Assembly: GCA_904063045.1 (NCBI GenBank)
Contig: CAJFCJ010000014.1
Location: 1,113,643-1,177,642, forward strand
Length of the DNA stretch: 64,000 bases
Source: Dimorphilus gyrociliatus
Lineage: Eukaryota; Animalia; Annelida
Direction of reading: 5' to 3'
In this document: positions 36,501 to 45,908 of the stretch, piece by piece
Layout of the letters: each line of letters opens with the position of its first letter
How positions within the stretch are numbered: the first letter of the stretch is position 1
Notes under the pieces: model-generated
Seen by the model: only the letters and a program-made list of their open reading frames with translations
Told to the model about the DNA's origin: nothing
Database searches by the model: none
Position numbers and translations under genes: made by a program

Positions 36501-39293
36501 CTACTGACACTGCAGTGAAACCGCTAGGCTTGACAACTACAACTTCAACAACACCTGCTTCAGCTCCCTTCAAATTCAGTTTTGGTTCCATTGAAAAGGG
36601 TGGATTTGTCTTCAATAAAACTGCAAGCACCCCAACTACAACATTTACAACACCTCAGAAACTGCAATCAGAAATTTTTTCAGCCAATAGTCCAGCAGCT
36701 ACAGAAAATCAGAGTTACCTAAATTCTTCATCTGAAAATCCCGAAGAGCACGAGTCTAGTGCTTACTTTGAGCCGATAGTTAAATTAGATCCCGTTGAAA
36801 TTGTTACTGGAGAAGAAAACGAGAAAGTCCTTTATAAATCTAGAGCAAAACTTTATCGATTTGTAGATGGTGAATGGAAAGAGAGAGGTATTGGTGACGT
36901 AAAGATACTACAAAATAAAAACAACAGGAAATGCCGCATCTTAATGAGGAGAGATCAAATTCACAAAATATGTTTAAATCATGCTTTAACATCTGATTTA
37001 ACTTTATCTGAGATGGCAAATTCTCAGGGGAAAGCTTGGATATGGCAAGCTGATGATTTTGCAGATGAAGAAATAAAGCACGAACGCTTTGCTATTCGAT
37101 TTAAAACTCCCGAAATAGCAAACAGCTTCCAAGATACTTTCGATAAGGCAAAGAACAGTAAAGACAAACCTGTGGATTGCGAAGTTATAATTAGCCCTCC
37201 AAGACGAGAGTCCGTAACTAACAGTGGTAAAGTCACTTCCCCGAAGCCAGCCACTCCAAAAGAAGGCAGTGAAAAGAAAACGACCCTATTTTCTTTTACA
37301 ACTCCTACACCTTCCACACATAGATTCTCTTTTGAGGCACCTCCAAAAAATACAAATGAAATTAAATTTAACTTTACTGATTCGCCAAAGTTTGCTTTTA
37401 ATAACAAACCTGAAGAGAAAGCTAAGCCTGTACAACAAAGTAATAGCAATAGTATGCTTCACCAGTTGCTTGCAGGCTCTGAAGATGGTAATATAATGTT
37501 TTTATAATACTATAAACAGCGAAATAAAATTCGTTATTTTCAGCTCTGAAGACAACTGATGAAGCAGAGATAAAGGATGTCATATTTTTGGAGACAAAAT
37601 TACCGATCAAGCAAAAAATTGAACTGGCTTTGAAATACAAACTACCAGAATCTTTCTTTAATTATGAAAACAAGAAAAGTTGCTCAGGATGTGTAGGTTG
37701 TAACTCAGAATTTTTTGATTTTTCAACCATTGGAAAGAAAATTGAACCTAAATCAGGTAAGTCTGAAAGCTATGAGGTAGTTAATGATAAATTGAGATTT
37801 TTATCAATAGATATTAGTAAAAAAGAAACGGTTCAATCATCCGAAGAAGAGAAACCACCAGTTCAACAGAATTTATTTGGTAATTTTTATGATACCAATA
37901 CTCCAGATAGAAACAAATCCTTAAATTTTTCGTTTTGTAATAGGCAATACATCATCCTTCTCATCGTTTGCGTCACTGGCATCAAACAATAACTCTGTGC
38001 CAAGTTGGTCAACAAAAACCGAAGGATTTAAGTTTTCTGGAACCGGAAATCAACTATTCCAGAGTCCAAAGCCTCAAGAGGACGATGACGAAGCTCCTGC
38101 TAACAATGACATACACTTTGAACCTATTGTCAAACTTGAAGAAGTGGATGTGAAAACAGGCAAGTTTATGCCATAACCTTCTCAAATACATTTTATACGT
38201 TGAACTTATTAGGTGAGGAAGACGAAGATATAATTTTCAACGAAAGAGCCAAATTATATCGTTTTGTCGATGACCAATGGAAAGAAAGAGGAGTAGGTCA
38301 AATGAAAATATTGAAAAATAAAGCAGGTTAGAATCATTGAAACTAAAGTTATGGATATGAATAATTAATATAAATACACCTTTCTTTAGGCAAATATCGT
38401 ATTTTGTTGCGAAGAGAGCAAGTTTTAAAATTGGCTTGTAATCATCGTATAACTCCATTTATGACAATGGATCCACTGCTGACATCAGAAACAGCTTTAT
38501 GTTGGTCTGCAAATGATTACTCGGAATCGGATAATGGTGTGTTTGAAAAATTCTCTGTTCGATTCAAAGTAAGTTAAAGTGACTTTATTTATATCGTTAA
38601 CTAATGATTATTCATTTCATTTAGTCAAAAGAGCTAACTGTAAAGTTTAAAAATGTGTTCGAAGAATGCAAGAAAATGATCCAAAACGAAGAGAAAAAAT
38701 CTACATCTAACAGCACACCGCTGCTCACACATGAAAATGATGAAAATGACGTAATGACATATTGAACTGTTGTTAACCTTTCATATAGCCGTATTGTTAC
38801 TATTTCAGGATGAAGAATACGAAACTGAGGATGAGACAGAGTTAGCTTTTGAGAAACGTGTTACTCTCGGTTATGTTGGAAGTGACGGGCGAATCACAGA
38901 AAGTCATTTAGGAGATTTGACAGTTCACTTGGATGATGATATAAACGCATATAGATTACAAATGGTGAACGATAATTCGGTTTTGGTTTGCAATCATGTT
39001 ATTTGTCAAGAGCACATGTTATATAAGTAAGTAAGATCTATAAATGATGATAAATTTAAAAACAGCATTATTACAGGAGTCAATCTAAACCTATATATGT
39101 TGAGTGGACTGCCGAAGATTTCTCTATTGATGAATCTGTGAAGAGGCGATTTCGAGTAACTTTTTCATCACAGCAGTCAATGAATGAATTCGAAAAGATA
39201 TTTACAGAGGGGATTGAATTAGCAAGAGAAGATAACGTATCCCAAAGAGGACAGTCAGTGGAGATGATGAAGCCGTGTGTGTACAGTTCTTGA
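33512..39293 (+). CDS. RANBP2: RanBP2/Nup358 nucleoporin (reduced form, about 1,500 aa by hand estimate)
   Basis: N-terminal TPR ([10 protein letters not shown]...[12 protein letters not shown]...[10 protein letters not shown]), coiled coil, three canonical Ran-binding domains (KLYR...WKERG.G..KIL...R...RREQI/V.K...NH), one RanBP2 zinc finger ([26 protein letters not shown]), FG/FxF repeats, an IR-like repeat (KLPESFFNY), a degenerate fourth RBD, and stop TGA at 39291-39293. Confidence 0.93.
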
Positions 39294-39484
39294 AAAGACA
39301 TTTTATCTTAGGCATTTGTTTTAACGTAAATTACTTTATTGTCCTGTTAACAAAAAATTAAGTCATGTTTTTTTGTGCGTGATTGATCGTATGAACTATA
39401 AGATAAGTCTTAAAGTTTCGCAAAAAAAATTATTATCTACTGTATTCATCCATTGAACATTCCTAAGTCCTGAAAAGTTAAACA

Positions 39485-41689
39485 TTAATTGTTATTAGTT
39501 TGTTGAGAAGACGTAGAAGCAGAACACATGCCTGGAACATGAAAGATTTTTACGCAAAAGTGTCCATTTTGTCCCAAACCCGCTGAATTAGATTCGACCA
39601 AAACTAATCTATCACTATCTGTTTGTAAATTTAAATGAGACGGGTACTTAATACCGTCGTGCCGAGTCAATACGTTCTTTATGAATTTTCCATCGGTTGA
39701 AAACATAGCTACGCGATGATTGTCGCGATCTGCTACGAGAATATTTCCGTCGGTCGTTGAACATATTCCATGAGGCCGTCTCAAGTGCCCGTATGGTCCG
39801 CCTGTAAAATTGAAAGAGGATCTCACCGTACCATTTTCACTATCAATAATTTTCACATGATCATCACTACTGTCAGAAACTATTATAAGATCGGAATACA
39901 CAGCAACTGAATAGGGAAAGCTCAGTTGGCAGCAAGAAAAATGACGAAGAATAGTTCCATCTGATAAGGCATGCACAGTAACACATCGCCTTTCTGTATC
40001 TGTTATGATAGCGTGACCGCAGGATGTCACAGCAATACCCGCTGGTCCAGCGAACGAACCCCATATGCTGAGTATATCACCTGAGGACGGAGCCATTACT
40101 TTAACGCAGAGATCTTTCTTACATGTTATAACAAGATTGTGATCAATTGACGACAGGGCAAGACCTGCTGGTTGAATTTTGCCCCATGCCAGTATCCTTT
40201 TGCTTTGTTTGGTTGTGGCATCGAATACCTGAAGACGATTTTGTTCAGCTACGACTAGCTCCCTGCTTGGAAGAAAGATTGCGGCACATGGTTGACTGAT
40301 TCTACCAGGCCAACCACCCTGTTCGCGAATGGTCAAGAGAACCGTTGCTCTTTCAGTACTTTCAGGCTTAACTTCCTCCGATGAGGTTGGTCTAGTTGGG
40401 GACGATGGAGGTGAAGGAGTCGTTGATGAAGTTTTCGATGGAGAGGAAACAGTCGCTCCAGATGTGGAAGTAGCAACTGGAGTATTAGGAAAAGTCAACT
40501 CATGATGACCTTTCAACCTTTTGTGTTTTGTTTTACTGGGTGAGAGAGCAGAGAGAATGGACGAAACACGTTTTGTCGAAGGCTCACTCATTTCAATGTC
40601 ACCATCACCGCGTATTTCTGATAAACATCCAATGTTCATTTCGTCTGAGGTGGGTTCAAATCTGAGGGAAATCATCGGTGGTGTTCGTACTGGACCGGGA
40701 AGTGTATGTTCAGTAACGGTTTTTGCTTTTTGCAAAAGATCACCGTGAGACAGAACAGTAGAATATGAAGGAGCAGATAATACTTGGCGAATTTCGCTTT
40801 GTAACGCTTCTATTCTTACCCTTTCGACATGTAATTCACCGTCTTGATGAACGTGCAATTCCATCTTCTTAGCAGCTTCAGAAAGAAGCTTGTTTTCTGT
40901 CTCACGAACCATTGAGATTATAGAGGAGCACTTTTCTCTTATTGCACTCTGTACCGAATTTAAGTTTGATTGTTGCTGTTGCCTGATTGTAGTCAATAAT
41001 TTCTCTCTATTTATAATTTCGTTTAGGCGCATATTCAATACTTTAGATATTTCCTTTAATTCTTTGCGCCTTCCTTCAACCATAGATCTGTCTATCTCTA
41101 TAAGGGAGTGTCTCGAATCATGCTCCAGAACACATACTGTGCAAAGTGCAGCCGAACACGGTTGGCAGACGTAACGAATCGGGTAAAGCTTATGACGGCA
41201 GCATAAATCTGACAATTCAGATGATGATTTTAAACTGACAACTTGGTGTGAAGCTAACTGAGTATTCGATGAATGTCTTTCGTGACATTCTGTGCATAAA
41301 TAAAGTGCGCAATGGACGCAGTGAAATTCCGCTGTTGTATTATTTGATCTGGCCATGCAATAATCGCAGTTTTTCTCTGATAAGTCTGAATTTGTTGATT
41401 GTCTCATTAGAACTTCTCGAAATTGCTCCAGCTTGAAATCATTCGGTAAACTAGACACTCCAGGACTTGGTACTAGTGTCACCTTTTTACAGATTGGACA
41501 AGATATGTGTCGTCTGGACGGTCCCAGCTTTGTCATACTCTCTAAACAAGTAAAGCAAAACGAGTGCAGACAGGATAGGACGCGTGGATCCGAGTAATTT
41601 TCCAGGCACACTGCGCACCTTAGTACATCGTCCATACTGTCCGATGATGCAGAACTTGGAGAAGGGGGGTACCATTGCGACGATGCCAT
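39485..41689 (-). CDS. TRIM-NHL E3 ubiquitin ligase (RING, two B-boxes, coiled coil, S/T/P linker, NHL repeats; TRIM2/3/71-like); single coding exon, 734 aa
   Basis: CAVCLENYSDPRVLSCLHSFCFTCL...CPIC RING; CDYC...C..C...LC..C...H and C..H...C..C...LC..C...H B-boxes; NHL motifs (PAGIAV, PYSVAV, LRRPHGICSTTDGNILVADRDNHRV). The true ATG is at 41689; the ORF track starts at a TTG. Confidence 0.93.
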   Translation of the reverse strand: MASSQWYPPSPSSASSDSMDDVLRCAVCLENYSDPRVLSCLHSFCFTCLESMTKLGPSRRHISCPICKKVTLVPSPGVSSLPNDFKLEQFREVLMRQSTNSDLSEKNCDYCMARSNNTTAEFHCVHCALYLCTECHERHSSNTQLASHQVVSLKSSSELSDLCCRHKLYPIRYVCQPCSAALCTVCVLEHDSRHSLIEIDRSMVEGRRKELKEISKVLNMRLNEIINREKLLTTIRQQQQSNLNSVQSAIREKCSSIISMVRETENKLLSEAAKKMELHVHQDGELHVERVRIEALQSEIRQVLSAPSYSTVLSHGDLLQKAKTVTEHTLPGPVRTPPMISLRFEPTSDEMNIGCLSEIRGDGDIEMSEPSTKRVSSILSALSPSKTKHKRLKGHHELTFPNTPVATSTSGATVSSPSKTSSTTPSPPSSPTRPTSSEEVKPESTERATVLLTIREQGGWPGRISQPCAAIFLPSRELVVAEQNRLQVFDATTKQSKRILAWGKIQPAGLALSSIDHNLVITCKKDLCVKVMAPSSGDILSIWGSFAGPAGIAVTSCGHAIITDTERRCVTVHALSDGTILRHFSCCQLSFPYSVAVYSDLIIVSDSSDDHVKIIDSENGTVRSSFNFTGGPYGHLRRPHGICSTTDGNILVADRDNHRVAMFSTDGKFIKNVLTRHDGIKYPSHLNLQTDSDRLVLVESNSAGLGQNGHFCVKIFHVPGMCSASTSSQQTNNN

Positions 41690-41915
41690 CTGTTTGTACA
41701 ATTTATGAACTTAGGCCTAGTTGCAGAAGAATAATCAGTTAAATTTGTTCAATTACTTCGCTCTAGCGAAGGCAAATTCTCATATCTTAGGTTGGTAAGC
41801 CAATAGTCCGTCGGTTAGCATTTCCAGCTCTTGTCTTTGAAAGGGTGGATCGCTTATTGACAATTCAATAACTGACTAAGCTTGGGCTAAAGGATTCTAC
41901 TTTGTTTATGTTTCT

Positions 41916-42036
41916 TACGCATGCGTAGTAGAGTTAGTGAGGAAAGTAATCCCACTCTTTTTGCTGGGTAATATGTAAAAAGATTCGTTGTTGTGAATAC
42001 CGGTTCTCGCAGTCACGTGACAGTTGCCGCGGAAAC
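41916..42036. promoter_or_regulatory. Bidirectional promoter motifs between TRIM-NHL and PPP1R36
   Basis: TACGCATGCGTA 12-bp palindrome at 41916-41927; GTCACGTGAC at 42012-42021; X-box-like GTTGCCGCGGAAAC at 42023-42036. The two start codons are about 460 bp apart. Confidence 0.5.
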
Positions 42037-42147
42037 TCAAAATGTCCTCGTAATGATACTTTTGCGAAATAGTTAATATCAGGAGATTATAAATTGAACT
42101 TGTAGTATACATTTCATAGGCAAAATATATCAATAATTATAAAATCA

Positions 42148-44585
42148 ATGTCTAAAGTACTTTATCACGATTCCTTACCGAAAAGCGAGGTAAATTACTA
42201 ATTTTTAGCAAATATTTATATCCAATATATACGTAATTGAATTGATAGCTTCCAGAGCCAAAAAGTGGAAAATGGGAATGGCGGGAAGACACAAATACTT
42301 TGGAATTCACTAAGTCTATAGATCACATTTAAAAAAACTCATAAACCTTGTAAGAAAAAAAAATCCTTTTTTTAACAGTTTTCAAACAAAAAAAGATGCC
42401 AAGAGAAAAGCAGCTGCAGATAAACATAAAAGTGTTGATAGAGGGTAAAAATTTTACTTGTTTTTATCCAATATTATATGCTTTATCATTTCGTTGTTTA
42501 GTGCTACTCCAAGTAGAGCAAATAAAAAATCAATTCCAACTTGGATACCAAAAAAGAAAGATAAGGACGAAGGACCTAGCCATATAAATCTCGTACATAT
42601 AAAAGGTGAATTTCCAATTGAAACAAATGATTTAGGTTCATCTAAACATATAAATAATAGAAAGCGCATTAAGCTATCTTACCGAACACTATGAAGAAAA
42701 AGACGATACAGAAGATATGGACAAATTTAAGGCTTTCGAAGCTGGAGTCTACCAGTATGAAATAATTGATAAAACGCCGTCATTCTTACTTAATATTCTT
42801 AATTTATTCGTTTCCTTTTCCAGCACAAAACAATTGGATGAATTTTTAATGTTTCTATTGAAGTATTTTGAATTATTCTTTGAAAAATTCAATCTCGATA
42901 ACAAACCTAATCCTATGAATATGTAAGATTAAATATAGAAAAAAACAAGGCAATTCTATATATCTTGTGCTTATATACTTTTCATTTTCATCTAGTGAAC
43001 CTAGTCAAGCAGAAGTTGCATATTATCACAAAGTATGTGATAAATTATTAGCAGCTCAAAAATTAGTTGGATACGCGTATGGGATATTGATTCTTGGCGA
43101 TGGTATGTCGACACATCACCATATGTCATGTGGAGTGTAAGTTATTGTTTAAAATTGGGGCTATTATAATCTTTCATATATTATTATTATATATATAGAT
43201 CGAGAGTGTCAAACACCTACAAGGATCGAAATATGTTTGAATGTCTTTATAAATTCTGTTCAGTTGTTGTTGAGAAAACTTTTGTTAAACGTAATGATGA
43301 AGCTGTTAGAACTGAAGTTAATAGAATGATGAGATCCCATACATTCAATCCAGCTTTAAGAATTAAATTAGCTCCAGACGCAGGTTTAAAATATATATAA
43401 TAGACCAAATTTATCCTTGTACTACTTTCTATATATATACATATATATACAAATGCAGAAAAGAATACAGATGAAGTAAAATTAACTCCTGCCGAATATA
43501 GAAGGCAACACGGGTAAGTTCTTTAATTAGGTTGATGGTAATGTGCACTATTATTTCAATTAACTGTTCTTTTTTTATTCAGGAATAGGCCTGCAATAAA
43601 GAGTATTATAACGTATGATTATTTTAATATATTAGTATACGAGGAAATAATTGTTTCAATGCTTATATTTAGGCAAAAATCTCCTGCTCTTATATCAATT
43701 TTACCATCGTCCAAAGAAGGAGCAACCTATCTATTTCAAAGAAAACAAGCATTATCTGCAGCAGGAATTTCAGATAATAAGAGCGCTGATGAGATAATTA
43801 GCGATGATTCTATTGAGAGTGTGACAGAAACCCTGAGCTTAGAAACATTAAAGTATTAATAACAACGATAATAATACATATAAATTTATAAAATATGAAT
43901 TCTAACAGAGTTGGAATTATTGGAGAATCATCTAAAGATTACGATTTAAAAACACTGATACCACATAGAGGAGGTGAAGGGGACGATCCTTCAAGAGATG
44001 AAAAGGAACGATTATCAAGCAGAAGGGCGTAAGTTTATTATCTTTTACTATCCTTCTTATCTCAATGTCAATAGATATCAAGTATTTTGTTTATCACTAA
44101 TTTTTTAAATGATGTACCCTTTTCTTTTGTTAATTATTTTTAGGAAGTATTTTAACCTATAAAAACATAGGTCTATAAACTTCAGTTTTGCACACAGACA
44201 ACAAATTCAAGATTTAAGAATGTTGTGGACGGATAATCTGGTGTGTCAAATAGTAGCTGATAATTCTAATGCAAAAACATTGCGTTGATTTTGTCGCTTT
44301 AGCTTTTCTGATTTGTTTTTTATTGTATATATATTAATTATATATATATAATTATATATTTAAGATTTTTTCCCTGCAAAATGCATTGCCCTTATCATTC
44401 TTAAAGCTATTTTTTTATATGTATAGACTATAACTGGGAAATAATCCTTTCTTTCTTTTATTAATTTATTTAGATCACTGCAGACGTCTGATGAGCAAGC
44501 AGCTTCGAAAAATAGAGATGAATCTCCAACGCTATCGAGGAGAGAAACTACTGCTACATCAGTTGTTACTCAAAATGAGCAATAG
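42148..44585 (+). CDS. PPP1R36: Protein phosphatase 1 regulatory subunit 36 homologue
   Basis: Spliced peptides GKWEWREDTNTLEF, KQLDEFLMFLLKYFELFFEK, YGILILGDGMSTHHHMSCG, KDRNMFECLYKFC, EVNRMMRSHTFN, RPAIKS, QKSPALISILPS and VGIIGE match recalled PPP1R36/C14orf50 blocks. Stop TAG at 44583-44585. Confidence 0.82.
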
Positions 44586-44791
44586 AACTCATTTTGTAAC
44601 TTTTTTTATCACTTCTTAAATACTAGTTAACTGGTATAATTGAGTAAATGAATAATAAACATCTTTAACTATTTCCAATTGGTCCTTAATTTCTGTACCT
44701 AAATACAAATTTATCATTTATTTATTGTTTAAATTCGACTTTTAATCAAATAGACATATTGTATAAGCCCCAGTGCTTTTTTTTCTTTGCA

Positions 44792-44803
44792 TGCGCATGC
44801 GCT
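44792..44803. promoter_or_regulatory. NRF1/Ewg-type GCGCATGCGC palindrome near the CDC26 5' end
   Basis: TGCGCATGCGCT about 95 bp upstream of the ATG, in an otherwise very AT-rich stretch. Confidence 0.5.
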
Positions 44804-44894
44804 GTAAGAATTTTAACATTTAAATTTAACCTACCAATTATCGCTCATATTTGTGAAGATTTTCTTATAAAATATCACTAAATTCAAGGAAAAT

Positions 44895-45137
44895 ATGCTT
44901 AAAAGGCCTTGTACAAGAATCGAATTGAATAATAAAGATATTGAAGAGTTTGATAGACTGCAAAAAGAGAAACAAGAAAAGCAACACGTCCAAATGCTAC
45001 AGGCTCAAACCTCAACACCGACGATGGATACATTTGACCCACAAACTCGAGCAAAATCAATTAATGAGAGAATTGGACTAATCCAGTATCAAAGGCTAAG
45101 TAAGAATTTAGCAAGTCCAAGAATAGGATTTCGTTGA
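44895..45137 (+). CDS. CDC26: Anaphase-promoting complex subunit CDC26 (APC12)
   Basis: MLKRPCTRIELNNKDIEEF N-terminus and INERIG match the CDC26 signature (MLRRKPTRLELKLDDIEEF...INDRIG); 80 aa. Confidence 0.92.
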   Translation: MLKRPCTRIELNNKDIEEFDRLQKEKQEKQHVQMLQAQTSTPTMDTFDPQTRAKSINERIGLIQYQRLSKNLASPRIGFR

Positions 45138-45191
45138 TAGCACAAAAACTAACGTTACACAAGTACAACTATAGTCTTCATTCGGATTATT

Positions 45192-45211
45192 TATATATAT
45201 ATATATATATA
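45192..45211. repeat. (TA)10 microsatellite between the convergent CDC26 and HRC-like stops
   Basis: Direct read of the sequence. Confidence 0.9.
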
Positions 45212-45271
45212 CTTTTATTGAATTTGATATTTCATATGACAATGAGATTTACAAATACAGACGTGTCAATC

Positions 45272-45908
45272 TTACAATTCTCTTCTCATACGTTTCTTAA
45301 CTCTTTTAATGTCTTTGTCCATATTTTGCAAATAATTTTTACTTTTCGATATCTTTCTGCAAATAATAACAAATCAGAATTCTATATTAAATTCTAAATG
45401 TATTTAACCAACTGTAATAATAATCTATCCCCATCATCAGGCTCGTTTCCCTTGCAGATTCTCACACAAAACCGGCATAACTTACAATATTTGCAATTCT
45501 GTAGAGATATAAAGTATACAATCAATTCACCTTCAAATACACCAGATGGCGTTGACTATATAAATCTCTTAATTATCCTAAAATTGGATGAAGATCAAAA
45601 AAAGTCTGTTTATACCTGACAGTTTAAGCAGTTTATATGATTAGGATCATCCTCTTGACAGGGGCATTCTGTTTTACATCCACGACATCCCTGCACAATA
45701 TAAAGAAACAATGAGACTTTTCAACAAAGTATTTTACAGGGCTACCTACTTTGCATAATTTACAGTATTTGCACATATACATTGTGACTTGTTCAGTCAG
45801 ATTTGATTCAACAATAGCATCGTCTTTATAGTCGTCTTCCTCTTGACTAATCGCGATGAAAGGTATTGAAAAAAGTGCCAATAAAAGGTAGAAGCGGTTA
45901 AACATCAT
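45272..45908 (-). CDS. Small signal-peptide, 14-cysteine protein resembling the C-terminal Cys-rich domain of sarcoplasmic reticulum histidine-rich Ca-binding protein (HRC); 134 aa ending RREL
   Basis: Four phase-compatible exons: 45750-45908, 45616-45690, 45413-45498, 45272-45356. Hydrophobic N-terminus, short acidic patch QEEDDYKDD, then CKYCKLCKGCRGCKTECPC...CLNCQNCKYCKLCRFCVRIC. Confidence 0.75.

Noticed and set aside
39270-39293. C-terminal CVYSS of RanBP2 as a prenylation signal
   Set aside because: The Cys is fifth from the end, so it is not a CaaX motif.
44586-44894. Operon or trans-splicing interpretation of PPP1R36 and CDC26 (same strand, about 310 bp apart)
   Set aside because: An NRF1-type motif and a plausible cis 5'UTR intron (donor GTAAGA at 44804) suggest an independent promoter; there is no direct evidence of SL trans-splicing in DNA alone.
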